IMG/VR virus record: IMGVR_UViG_3300035502_000737
Length of the DNA stretch: 64,000 bases
Strand: one strand, 5' to 3'
DNA from: a virus
Lineage: Duplodnaviria > Heunggongvirae > Uroviricota > Caudoviricetes
Below the pieces are notes generated by a model, which saw only the letters and a program-made list of their open reading frames with translations, was not told where the DNA came from and made no database searches. Within the stretch, counting starts at the first letter, position 1. Each line of letters starts with the position of its first letter. The position numbers were made by a program, and so were the translations under genes. Below are positions 48,115 to 59,400 of this stretch, one piece after another.

Positions 48115-48186
48115 AAATGGGAAGGAATCGTATAAAAATACATTCCTCCCCTTCGTTTATTTACCGTTTATCTTAAATAAAGCCTA

Positions 48187-48480
48187 TTACCAATCTTCGC
48201 CTCCGTTAACGCTCGTGTTCTGTGCGTTTTCCCTTAGCCAATATTCACCTTCTTCCACTACGCTTTCAAGCCATTTCCTTACTTGCCAAACCGAGCTTTC
48301 GTTATCATCAATGTCACTTCCTTCAAGGTTTTGCAGAGCGACTTGCGCGTTTTTGATGATTTCTTCAATCGGTTGTGTATTCCCATACCAAGTGTAGTCT
48401 TCGTTCAAGACCTTTGTGATGCTCTCCCTTACTGCTTTTCTAAGGAAGCTTTCCGTTATTTTGATTTTTTGCTTTTTCAT
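48187..48480 (-). CDS. Small protein with KITES...VRES...VLNE leader (candidate virion cargo)
   Basis: Residues 7-29 match the shared leader; TATTTAT 22 nt upstream. Confidence 0.75.
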   Translation of the reverse strand: MKKQKIKITESFLRKAVRESITKVLNEDYTWYGNTQPIEEIIKNAQVALQNLEGSDIDDNESSVWQVRKWLESVVEEGEYWLRENAQNTSVNGGEDW

Positions 48481-48502
48481 CTCTTTTATCGTTTGTACAA
48501 TG

Positions 48503-48550
48503 ATAAATATAATTGATAGGTGAATAATTTGATGGCGATAAGATATTTAT
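48503..48550. promoter_or_regulatory. Back-to-back TATTTAT motifs (divergent putative late promoters)
   Basis: ATAAATA at 48503-48509 (minus-strand gene) and TATTTAT at 48544-48550 (plus-strand gene), 22 and 24 nt from the respective ATGs. Confidence 0.6.
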
Positions 48551-48574
48551 TTTAAAATAAATCAAATTCAGAAC

Positions 48575-48976
48575 ATGAAGAAAACTTTAAATAACAGAAG
48601 GAAACAGCTTTCCGAGCAAAGGCTGCATAATATTGTCTCCAAGACAATTCATAAAGTGTTGAGAGAGGAGTTCGGAGACAACGAAGTGGAAGACGAGCAA
48701 GAAGAGCACATGGCTGTCGATTTCTACGACTTTTATGATGTATTGACCGAAATGGGTTGGAGCTATTCAGATTACGAGGACATCAAACTGAAGGACGGAA
48801 GGGATGCCGTTCGGTTCAGAGTTAACAAGGATAGAAAGGACTCAGCTCCAATCGAGCAAGTGGTTGAGCGTTTGAAAGGAATGTCTGAAATTGAGGACGG
48901 AGTTTATTTGGTAGGAGGCCAATATCGTTATGCTCCAGAAATCAAGGCAAGCGCAATTGTGATACTTTATGCGTGA
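48575..48976 (+). CDS. Small protein with QLSE...IVSKTI.KVLRE leader (candidate virion cargo)
   Basis: Residues 11-33 match the shared leader; acidic linker follows. Confidence 0.75.
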   Translation: MKKTLNNRRKQLSEQRLHNIVSKTIHKVLREEFGDNEVEDEQEEHMAVDFYDFYDVLTEMGWSYSDYEDIKLKDGRDAVRFRVNKDRKDSAPIEQVVERLKGMSEIEDGVYLVGGQYRYAPEIKASAIVILYA

Positions 48977-48982
48977 TAAGAT

Positions 48983-49024
48983 AAAGAGGAGAAATGAAGT
49001 GATTTCAGTTTCTCCTCTTTTTTT
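48983..49024. terminator. Bidirectional intrinsic terminator
   Basis: aaagaggagaaa / tttctcctcttt between convergent genes. Confidence 0.8.
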
Positions 49025-50401
49025 CTATAGTTCTTTGTCGGGAAATGCGATGCCGTATTTATCATATATCTTATCATAGTTTTCTTTTCCTATGAGTTGT
49101 CTCAGCTGTTTTGGCCACATGTATCTAGACAAGGTTTGATAATCTCGATATTTTATAACATCTTCTTCAATGTTATCAGCGAGCTCTTTGACTTCTTTTT
49201 CAAAAGAGTAATACTCTTTTGACGTTTCATACGCTCGAATCTTAGGATATTTTTCTTCTTCTCGCTTAAGAATCCTTCTTGCGAAATCTTCTATGGAAGT
49301 GAAATCTTCTGTCGGTTGGAACACTCTTTCATTTTCAATCTTGTAAGAGCCATTTCTGCCGTTTGAAAATTTCTCATTCCCATATTCCTTTAGGAATTTG
49401 GCCCTTGTCATTGGAATGTAGTATTTATCGTCGGGTACAAGTGAGTTTCCCTTGTCTTTATATTTCTTTACCCAAAATCGCTTAATCATATTCGGATTCA
49501 AGTCGCCAATGAACAAGGCTTGGTGCTCAGTGTCGTTGAAGATGCTGTCAGCCATTGCTGGATTGGTAGAACCGCTCACAAACGATTTAGACGATTTACG
49601 TGCCAAATCTTGATACTTTTTTTTCTGCATATTACGTTCTTTCCTATTCTTGAACGATTGTGGGAAACTCCCTTGTGCGAAGTATGTTACACTATTATTC
49701 CAAACAGGCGTATCCAAGTCATTGGAATTGGCTGAAAATTCAATGATTACGGAAGCTTTTTTAGATTCTCCTCCATTAAATGGATTCGCGAAATTATCCA
49801 CTCTTACAAAATCGGTTGTGACGAAAAGCCCGACGGGATTCATCCCAGCTTCATAGGAATATTTTCTTGGCGTCCATTGCTTTCCGCTAAGTCCTTCCTT
49901 TGCAATAGTTACCGCAGTCTTAAGGTCTGTACCATGGAATACACGAATATATTCATTATTCATGATTGGCTGCTGATTGTATACTTGACTAGAATCTTTC
50001 TTACGAACTCTATCACCTTGTTCGTATGTAGTGTCAATGTACCGCACTTCATGTACTAAGAACTTATTGATGGATTTTGCCACCGCCTCCTTTATCAGTT
50101 GACGCATATTGATTGATTCGTGCACATTCTGTTGGTGAGTGGCGTTTATTATAATAATGCAGTCTCCTTTTATTATATATTCAAACACCCATTTTCTTAC
50201 TGTTCTTTGGTAGTTCCCATTCTTTATCTCGAAATGCTTGTTGGCGAGTTTCAGTTCTTTCTTGGCATCTGACATTATGCCTTTAATCAGTTTTGCTACT
50301 TCTTTATCATCCCATGTGTTCTTGTATTTCAATAGCATGTTCTGATAAAACGTTCTGATGTTTCCGAGCGCTGTTCGCTTAATTTTTACGTAATAGTCCA
50401 T
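49025..50401 (-). CDS. ParE/RelE-like domain + leader motif + ADP-ribosyltransferase-like domain fusion
   Basis: Residues 1-92 YYVKIKRTALGNIRTFY...WVFEYIIKGDCIIIINATH resemble ParE/RelE; residues 151-310 VFHGT...IAKEGL...GLFVTTD...NFA...IIEF...EHQALF resemble the PARP/DT-like ART fold. Confidence 0.65.
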   Translation of the reverse strand: MDYYVKIKRTALGNIRTFYQNMLLKYKNTWDDKEVAKLIKGIMSDAKKELKLANKHFEIKNGNYQRTVRKWVFEYIIKGDCIIIINATHQQNVHESINMRQLIKEAVAKSINKFLVHEVRYIDTTYEQGDRVRKKDSSQVYNQQPIMNNEYIRVFHGTDLKTAVTIAKEGLSGKQWTPRKYSYEAGMNPVGLFVTTDFVRVDNFANPFNGGESKKASVIIEFSANSNDLDTPVWNNSVTYFAQGSFPQSFKNRKERNMQKKKYQDLARKSSKSFVSGSTNPAMADSIFNDTEHQALFIGDLNPNMIKRFWVKKYKDKGNSLVPDDKYYIPMTRAKFLKEYGNEKFSNGRNGSYKIENERVFQPTEDFTSIEDFARRILKREEEKYPKIRAYETSKEYYSFEKEVKELADNIEEDVIKYRDYQTLSRYMWPKQLRQLIGKENYDKIYDKYGIAFPDKEL

Positions 50402-50582
50402 TTGCTTCTCCGTATTTGATTACTTGAGCAATGACAAGGTCTATTCCTTCATCGAAAGGAATTTCATCATTTCCCTCAAGTCCTTCTCTTAAAACAGTCC
50501 TTACTTCGCCATTCTCAACGAAAACTTTCGAACCGTTTACGTCGATGGCTTCATCCAAAATATTTTTATTGATTTTACTCAT
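50379..50582 (-). CDS. Small acidic protein, putative antitoxin
   Basis: 67 aa; its 3' end overlaps the start of the ParE/ART gene by 23 nt; TATTTAT 20 nt upstream (50603-50609). Confidence 0.55.
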   Translation of the reverse strand: MSKINKNILDEAIDVNGSKVFVENGEVRTVLREGLEGNDEIPFDEGIDLVIAQVIKYGEANGLLRKN

Positions 50583-50751
50583 AAACAGTCATTTAACTAT
50601 ATATAAATATTAAATTTGCTGCTAAATTACTAAAAAATCCCGACATATCAAAATCTTTTAAACAACATTAACAAAGCCATTGATTTTCGGCTCTTTTCCG
50701 CTATATTTTCTTTGACAGACTATTTAAATATAAACCAAGTTAATAAGAGAG

Positions 50752-51144
50752 ATGTCAAAGAAGCAATATTACGGCATAAAGTATCCGTTCACGGATAATG
50801 ATGTGGAAAATTACTTTGTGGATGTGAACAAGGAGACGAAGGACAAGGTGAAGAGCTTGCTGATGCATGTGGTGTTCACGCCGAAGGGACAGAAGTTGAG
50901 GGACCCTGAGTTCGGGACGGATTTGATTAAGTATATCTTCGAGCAGAATGACGAGACGAGTCTTGACGGAATCAAGATGGAGGTCATGGATGCGGTCAAG
51001 AAGTACATTAACGGCGTGACGGTAAACGGCATTTCCATGCTTGAGGACGACACGGACAAACATCATGTGTATGTTCGCCTTGACTATACGGTAAGCAATG
51101 GAATCAAGAAGGAGACTGACAGCTTGGTTACAAAAGTGGTATAA
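50752..51144 (+). CDS. Baseplate wedge subunit (gp25-like)
   Basis: GIKYPF...VKSLL...TPKGQKLRDPEFGTDLIKYIFE. Confidence 0.9.
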   Translation: MSKKQYYGIKYPFTDNDVENYFVDVNKETKDKVKSLLMHVVFTPKGQKLRDPEFGTDLIKYIFEQNDETSLDGIKMEVMDAVKKYINGVTVNGISMLEDDTDKHHVYVRLDYTVSNGIKKETDSLVTKVV

Positions 51145-51164
51145 TAAACAGCATATAGATTCTT

Positions 51165-53171
51165 ATGGACAAGAAAATATCATATTTGGCAAGGAGTTTC
51201 GACGATGTGAAGGGGGAATTGATTCAATTCTCCAAGAAATACTATCCCGAACTTTCGGACAATTTCAACGACGCTTCCGTTGGCGCATGGTTTATTGACT
51301 TGGTGAGCGCCGTGGGTGATGATTTGGCCTACCATACGGACAGAATGTATCAAGAGACGAATGTGAATTCGGCCAATTCAAGGTCTTCGGTGCTGAACAA
51401 CGCAAGGATGAACGGCGTCAAGGTTCCTGGCCCAAAGGCTTCCATCTGCGAGGTGGAGCTCTCTTGCGTCCTTCCCGTCGACCCCACCGACATCAGCTCT
51501 CCCATGTTCTCCGCCGCACCTACCATCAAGCGTGGAGGAATCGTCGGAAATTCAAGCTACACCTTTGAACTTTCCGAGGACGTGAACTTCGCGGAGCAGT
51601 TCAACTCTGACGGTATTTCAAATAGGAAGTTTACGCCGAACAGAGATTCAAACGGAACGATTGACGGGTATACCGTTACGAAGAGTACGATTGTGAGGGG
51701 AGGAAGAAGCAAGATATACAAGAAGGTACTGACGGATACGGATGTAAAGCCTTTTATGGAGGTTATCCTTCCAGAAGTGAACATTATGGATGTGGAGTCC
51801 ATCATCTTCAAGGAGAGCACAAGTTTCAACACAGACCCTCAGACATATGAATTCTACGTGGACGAGGAGGAATTCAAGGTATCTTCAGAATCCATCAAGA
51901 CCTACAGATACTTTGAGGTTGACTCGCTTGCCGACCAATTCAGATTCGGAACGAAAACTTATTCAAGCGGAGGGACGGATGACAACCGATACATCGCTCC
52001 GAAACAGTCGGCATACACAGATTGGACTTCTGACGGAGGCGAGGAGATTAGGAGATACTTCGATGGCGTTTGGAAACCGATTTCTCAGAAATTCATCACT
52101 GAATATACGGATAATGGATACCTCAAGGTTATCTTCGGAAGCGCCACGGATGTGGAGGACACTCCGATAAGCGGAACCACTTATGGAGAGGCTGTTACTT
52201 CAAGGATAATCAACAACAAGCAGTTGGGACTTCTTCCAAAGGTGGGATGGACCATGTTCGTACTCTACAGAGTGGGAGGAGGGACTGAGACCAACTTGGC
52301 TGAGGGTTCCATCAATACGGTTGTGAATGTGGATGTGGTTTTTGACACAACCAATACGGCTGTCACACAAACCATCAAGAGCAATGTGGTAAGTTCTTTC
52401 GAAGTATACAACCCTACCACTTCGGTGGCTGGAAAGGACGCTCCCTCCACCGAGGAGCTAAAATACCTCGTCAAGTATTCAATTCCGTCCATGAAGCGTT
52501 GCGTAACCGTGAAGGATTACAAGGAAAGAATCATGCAGATTCTTCCCAAGTATGGATGCCCATTCCGTTGCAATGCCATGGAGGACAACAACAAGATTGT
52601 GATTCCCATGCTCTGTATCGACGAGAACGGACTTCTAGTGAATGCAATTCCAAGTCCTCTTGTGGACAATCTTACCGAGTACTTGACCAACTATAAGACG
52701 ATTACCGATTTCGTGGAATTGCAGAGTGGAAAGATATACAATCTAGGATTTGAGATTGACGTGTTCATTGACAAGAACTATACCACTTCGGATGTGATTT
52801 CATCCATCATTGAGGAGGTGAAATCCTATATGGATGTGAACGAGCATGAAATGGGTGAGGATATCTTCGTGGGAGACTTGGAACGTGAACTGAGTTCGTT
52901 GGACGGTGTTATCAGCCTTATCGACTTGAGGGTGTACACTGTATATGACAGCAACGGTACAAGTGGGTACGGAGATAAGTGCAAGTTGCCCATCAAGGAT
53001 TCGAGCACAAACTGCAATGTGTCTGAAACAACCTTCAATGCAAGTAGCGGAGCTGTCGCGGAAGAGATTGACTTGGATTCGATTGACGGAGTCCTTTATG
53101 CGGATTACGATTCGATGTTCGAGATAAAGAATCCCAATGCGGACATTCAGATTAGAGCGAAATTGAGATAG
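51165..53171 (+). CDS. Baseplate wedge subunit (gp6 / baseplate J-like)
   Basis: ISYLARSFDDVK..LI...YYP....FNDASVG...IDL; YRVGGG...N; RCVTVKDY; follows the gp25-like gene. Confidence 0.88.
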   Translation: MDKKISYLARSFDDVKGELIQFSKKYYPELSDNFNDASVGAWFIDLVSAVGDDLAYHTDRMYQETNVNSANSRSSVLNNARMNGVKVPGPKASICEVELSCVLPVDPTDISSPMFSAAPTIKRGGIVGNSSYTFELSEDVNFAEQFNSDGISNRKFTPNRDSNGTIDGYTVTKSTIVRGGRSKIYKKVLTDTDVKPFMEVILPEVNIMDVESIIFKESTSFNTDPQTYEFYVDEEEFKVSSESIKTYRYFEVDSLADQFRFGTKTYSSGGTDDNRYIAPKQSAYTDWTSDGGEEIRRYFDGVWKPISQKFITEYTDNGYLKVIFGSATDVEDTPISGTTYGEAVTSRIINNKQLGLLPKVGWTMFVLYRVGGGTETNLAEGSINTVVNVDVVFDTTNTAVTQTIKSNVVSSFEVYNPTTSVAGKDAPSTEELKYLVKYSIPSMKRCVTVKDYKERIMQILPKYGCPFRCNAMEDNNKIVIPMLCIDENGLLVNAIPSPLVDNLTEYLTNYKTITDFVELQSGKIYNLGFEIDVFIDKNYTTSDVISSIIEEVKSYMDVNEHEMGEDIFVGDLERELSSLDGVISLIDLRVYTVYDSNGTSGYGDKCKLPIKDSSTNCNVSETTFNASSGAVAEEIDLDSIDGVLYADYDSMFEIKNPNADIQIRAKLR

Positions 53172-53191
53172 AAAGAAAGGAATATATTCGT

Positions 53192-53476
53192 ATGGCATGT
53201 AAGTGTAAGGAAGTAAAGAAACTGAAGAAAATGCTTGAAATCGAGACCCCGTCGCATGAGAAGAGGGGTCTCGAAAAGGTTTTGGCGTGGATATGGAACA
53301 TTGTAAAGAATTTGCTTATCAAGGTAGGGGTCACTGTAGTGATATTGTGCTTGGCTCCCGTTGTGGCTTTGTTCCTTATCGCAAGTCTTCTTTTTGAAGG
53401 GAAGGCTACCATCCACCTACCGAAGAAGTTTTTTAAAGCGGCTGTAGCTCAGAGTGAGGCCGAGGAAGAGGAATAG
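53192..53476 (+). CDS. Small membrane protein (MACKCK N-terminus)
   Basis: Hydrophobic segment VGVTVVILCLAPVVALFLIASLLF. Confidence 0.7.
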   Translation: MACKCKEVKKLKKMLEIETPSHEKRGLEKVLAWIWNIVKNLLIKVGVTVVILCLAPVVALFLIASLLFEGKATIHLPKKFFKAAVAQSEAEEEE

Positions 53477-53478
53477 TA

Positions 53479-56400
53479 ATGGCTGAAAAATCATACAGAA
53501 TAAGGACGGATGTCACGAAAGACCAAGTCGTCCGCACACAGCTTAGGCAAGACACTGATTTTCTTGAAATCCTTTCATTGAAAATCCGACAAGAGGACAC
53601 GTACAGATTGCACGTGTCCAATTATGGTATTATAGTGGGCCGCGTGCTTGCCAATGATGCGTTCGGAATTCCCAATGCGAAGGTGTCCGTGTTCATCGAG
53701 TTGGATGATGCCGACAAGTTGGACTCGGAAATCAAGAACTTGTATCCATACGCCACCATTCAGACCGTTGACGCTGATAATAGGAGGTACAACTTACTTC
53801 CAGATACTTCCAACGACGACTGCTATAGGGTTGTTGGCACGTTTCCGAACAAGAGGCTTGTGCTTGACAACGATGCGGAAATCGAGGTATACGAGAAATA
53901 TTGGAAGTACACGACCGTTACCAACAAGTCGGGCGATTACATGATTTTCGGCGTCCCTTGCGGCACTCAGCAAGTGCATGTGGACGTGGACTTGTCGGAT
54001 ATAGGCGTCTTGTCACAGAAGCCGAGGGATTTCATCTACAAAGGATATTCCATCACACAGTTCGACAATTCAAGCCAATTCAAGGAAAGCACGAACCTTG
54101 ATGGCTTGAGCCAATTGCTGAGCCAAACGAACAGTGTGCACGTGTATCCCTTTTGGGGTGATACCGATGTGGAGGAAGTGGCGATTACAAGGTGCGACTT
54201 GCAAGTGCAGTACAAGTTCGAGCCGACTTGCGTCTTTTTTGGTTCCATTGTTTCCGATAACTTCAGCAACAGCGTAGGAGATAAGTGCAATCCAAGCAAG
54301 TATTCTGGATTTAACCGCAATCTTGTGGCTGGCGAAGGAACCATCGAGATGATTCGCAAGACACAAGACGGACTCGTCGAGGAATTCCAAATCCAAGGCA
54401 ACCGACTCATCGACGGAGACGGTGTTTGGTGCTATCAGATTCCCATGAACCTTGATTACGTGGGGACAGATGAATTCGGTAACATTGTCCCCACTGACAA
54501 CCCCAATAAAGGTATCCCGACGAAGACAACGGTGAGATTCAGAATCTCCATGCAAGAGACAAACAACGAGGGAGTGTCAAGGCATAGGGCGAAGTATCTT
54601 GTACCCAATGTGCAGCAGATTTACAGCGGTTCCACCTATCCTCAAATTGAAAACCCCACAAAGTACGTGCAATGCTATGAGTTCGGCAGCGCGACTCCCG
54701 ATGAGTATTTCCGTGACCTATATTGGAACAAGGTGTACAGTGTGAAAAACTATATTCCTAGAATACAGCTTGGAACACAGAAGAATACGCAGAAGTATTG
54801 CGCCATAAGAACGGTGAACAACAGCGGAAACTTGAATCCGTTCCCATTTAACCATGGAAGGTTCAGATTGTTTTTTGCCTACCGTGTGCTTTGTACCTTG
54901 ATGTCCATCATTCTTGCCATTGAATGCGCTTTCAATACGTTTATTGCAAAAATAGCTGGCCTTAAAATCCTCGTTGTCCGTCCGTTCTCTTGGATTTGCT
55001 CTCTCGTGGGATGTCTTAGCATCAGCGGTGGACTTTCTGAGGACGAGGACAATCCTATTGAGTATTTCCCTTGCTGCTCGTACAAGAAGTGTAGGAAATG
55101 CTCCGAGAAGGGATGCCAACAAGAGACAAGTTTCTCCAAGCTGATGAATGTGGTTCAGCAGTCATTGGCACAAGAGTACGATACTGTCAATCTCGATTTC
55201 TATAACGATTGGATTAACGGATGCTTGTACATGCCTCTTTGGTTTTGGAAGAAGACGAAGAAGAAAAGCTATCTGTTCGGGCTGTTCAAGAAGAAGGCGG
55301 TTAATAGATATTGCAACTGTGACTCTAATTACAAGAGGATTAAGGTGACGGAGGCTTGTTCATTGAACTATGACTCGAATTACGGAGTGTCGGATTCGGA
55401 CAAGGGGGAGAAGTTCCACTATCAGTTTCCAAGCAACCCAGCAAGCATAGGACATGGGATAATCAAGGAAGTGGAGAATAAGGCTGGGCTGAAGATTTAT
55501 TATTATGCCCCAGGCGTCCCAACCACGACAGATTACCGTGACACATCCGATAAGTATGTGAATTACGTCCGCCTTTACTCTACGGATATAATTCTATTAG
55601 GCAGCCTTAATGATTGCGACTTGGACAACCTTCCACGCCCATTTCTTAATATGCCTTCTTCAAGCGCCAATATTCCTTATATTTCCACCTTGAAGGATTC
55701 TTCTACGGACAGTGACGTGGATAACAGCGGAACGGAGGATGATAACGGTACGGTTGAGGTGACGGGTATGGATTGGCTTGGCAGTGTCAACGATGGGTTG
55801 TTCATGGACTTGACTTGCTCCAAGGTAAAGACAAAACCGAAGACTTGTGTTAACCTAGCACGTATGAGTGAGCTTGGAGTTACACTTGACTCAAGGTATT
55901 ATGATTCCGTTTCCAACGGCACTGAGATTGTATATGATAATGAGCGTCCTTCCGACGGCTTGATTACAAGATACGAATTGGTGGACAATGAGACCCGTGC
56001 CATGTTCGCTTCCTTGAACCACAACGGCTTGACGGAGAAGGTTCATAATCCGAATACGGGATATGACACGTATAAGCTTACCTATATGTATCCTATTGAC
56101 TTTGACGGACATTTGTCGAAGTTCTCAAGCGGATATACAAAAAGCATGAAAGTGGTCACATACGACGTGAAGAGCGACTATTATGTGAACTATGTGTTCG
56201 GAGGGAACAAATATCACTTCTATTCACAAAGCGGTAGCAATTATCAGCAGCCGTTGTTCAACAACTCGTTCTTTTTCTACTTTGGATTGAATGAGGGAAA
56301 TACGGCGATTGACAAGTTCAACAATATGTTCTACTCGGAATGCTATAAGAATGTGAAGTATCCGTTCTTGGTTTCGGTGGAGACGACGCCAGCAAAATGG

Positions 56401-59400
56401 TGTAAAACGTACAGCTATGTATACAGCGGAAGCAGCTATAACGGAATTAAAAAGAATGAGCTGAAGGAAAGCTATGCGACTATTTCCGTGAAAATCAGCG
56501 GAATCAAGACACCGTATTCATACACATTGTATGACAGCTCCAATGAGGAGATTATGTCCGAGAGTGATATGTATTCCGAGGAGTTGAAGTTCGGTTACAA
56601 GGTAGCCAACGGAGGAGGCTCCTACGAGGAGGAGAAATACGGTTTGTTTACATATTTGACAGATGGAAAGGTGGTTGAGAACGAAACATCTGATAAGAAG
56701 AGCAAACTGTACTACTTGGTGGATAACGACACCTATAAGCTGTCCATTACGGATACGAATGGGAACACCGTTGATACAACTATCAGTATAAAACAATCTC
56801 CAATCACCGTGGATGTTACTGCGAACTCTCTTGGAGACAAGTATTACAGTGGAACCACTGAGATGACTGACCTATGTAATGAAGCTTCTTCTAATGGCGA
56901 GATTTGCATCAACTCGGTAAACATTGACGGCACGAATTATAAGTTCAAGAATGGAGATTCAGTGTCATTCAAACAAGATGGCTCTACAATCAGTGGGGAT
57001 GTGACGGTTTATACCTATACAACCAACTCTAACGGCTCTATCAGTCTTGGAAGTGACAGCGACAAGGTGAGACTTGTGATTAGTCCCTCTGATGATTCGA
57101 TGAGTTTCAAGGAAGATTGCCAATGCTCCGACTCTACCACGCCAAAGAGCTATAAAATTGAGAACAATATTCTTACATTGAATGTGTGGGTTCCTCAAGA
57201 TTATACGGTGAAGGTTCTTCAGATTTGCAATGGTAGTACAAATGGAAATACAAGTTCTGATACCGTGAATGTGGCAAATGGTAGCCCGTTTCAAGCGTAT
57301 TTGAATACCGTACCAATGAGGTTCTTGCTTGGAAAGTCACAAGACGTAAGCAATTACAACAAGAAGTTCTATAGCAAGACGGTTGCCACATCTCCGACTG
57401 ATACGAGCATGAGCGGATGGTTTGCCCTTCAAAACGAGAGCACCTATTCGTTTCCATCTATAACGAAAGAGAGCGACATTGATGTGTGGTCAGATTTCGT
57501 TACATTGTCTTCCGATTCCACGGATGAGGACAGCAGTGGTGCGGATAGCATTTCCATCGATTCTGTCATGGCTATTATCGAGTATAAGTTCAACAGTATG
57601 ATGAGTATGTGTATGAACTGCTACATTGACACTTCGGATGAGAAGACGATGAGCCTAAGCCATAGCGGTGGAAAGACTCCTATTGTATATAGGAGCTGTT
57701 ATCCGACCTATTCGGAATGGAGTGACACGTTCACGGAAGACGAGGAATTGAAGGATATTACCTTCGACTCAGACGGATTCGTGACTTGCGAATCCTCATC
57801 TCCAAATATCATCGGTTGGAACTATACAAGGTACAACAATGACATTGCATGCGATTTTGAGGATAACAAGACATATAGTGGAAGTCCTACCTTCAACAAG
57901 CTGTTTACGGATTACAGTCACTTGGGCAATTACTTTGCCGCATTTGAGAATACGAACAACCCGAAGGTAATGACCTCTAGCCCATACAACGCGGATATGC
58001 AAAGCGGAACTACAAGTCCATCAAGCTATCCTTCTGCCTTGTATAGTGGAAGCAAGAATCCTTATTTCAGAGGCATGTTCCTTGATAGAAGACCCGATTA
58101 TGACTTCTTTATCATGGTTCCTTTCAACGGTGAATGGAATTTCATTTCGAATGAAGATGAGGTAAGATGCGGAAGAATTATTGGGTTACAAATCAATGGA
58201 ATTGAAATGGCCTATGACAATTCTTATAATATTATCGGAAGTAGCAAATCGGACGGGCTTGAGTATACCATTGAAGGGATAGCTGATGAGAGCGTTAAAT
58301 TTAATAAGGTAGACAGCAAGGTGAAAATAACATACAATACGAGCTCTAAGAACAAGCGTTTTTATGACGCTTATGTAAAGGGAGGAAACAAGATTGATTT
58401 AAAAGATGCTTATTGGTCTACAGATAGGAATGGAATTTACGGGAAAAGAGGATTGTGTAACGGTGACTTTAGCGAGAGTAATTATCCTACATTAAGATGG
58501 CTTGATGTAAGCGGAATTACCAATAGTTCCAAGGTTGTTTATTCTGTGACTGGGTGTAAATATGCTCAGAACTTGCTTTCCAATGAGGATGATGACTACA
58601 TCACTTACGAATGTGAAATTGAGGAAGGAGAGGAAACGACATTTACAGTCGGTGCAAATACGTCAGTATCCTTTGTTACAAGTACATTGGAACAGTGCGC
58701 AGCGTCGAGTTACGGGAACATCACATTGAATTGCACGGATAGTAAAGGTGTTAGTACTTTAGCGGAACTTAAATCTGTTGATTTTACTTTTACGATTCCC
58801 TCAGACACCTCAAACGAAACACATAGAAGCTACACAATGCTTCCATTTGTTGCTTTTGATGACTATCGCCTTCAAGAACTTGTTAATACTAAAAATATTA
58901 GCGGCTTTACTGATATGGACAAAGTCGTTTGGTTCGTTTTCTGGTCGATTAATTTTAGCGGAGAAACGGTAACAGATTACAGCCTTTCAAATTCTGATGT
59001 GACTGTAGGGGAACCGCTTATTAGCCGATTGGCCTTAACTTCGAATGACGGTAAGGCAAAAATGTTTGCATTTAGAAAATCTGATGGGAGCATCTGTTTT
59101 GATGGAGACTCGGAGTTAACTGGTTTAAAATATCATTATACTTGTGATGTTGAAAAAGTATCTTTGTCAACTGCGATTGAAATTGTATACTTCCGACATT
59201 ATTTGAACGAAAGCAATGATTATTTGCTCAAGCAAATTGAGACTTTTTCAATCGGAGCAATCATTAATCCGATTCTTTATATTTCAACGGAAAATACAAA
59301 ATCCTATGAGACGAAGGTCCTTGGTGTTTTTGGTGGAGAAGTGGAAGATGCTTCAGCAAGCGATGGTTCCGACAGTGGAACGACTGCTGATACTAGCTCG

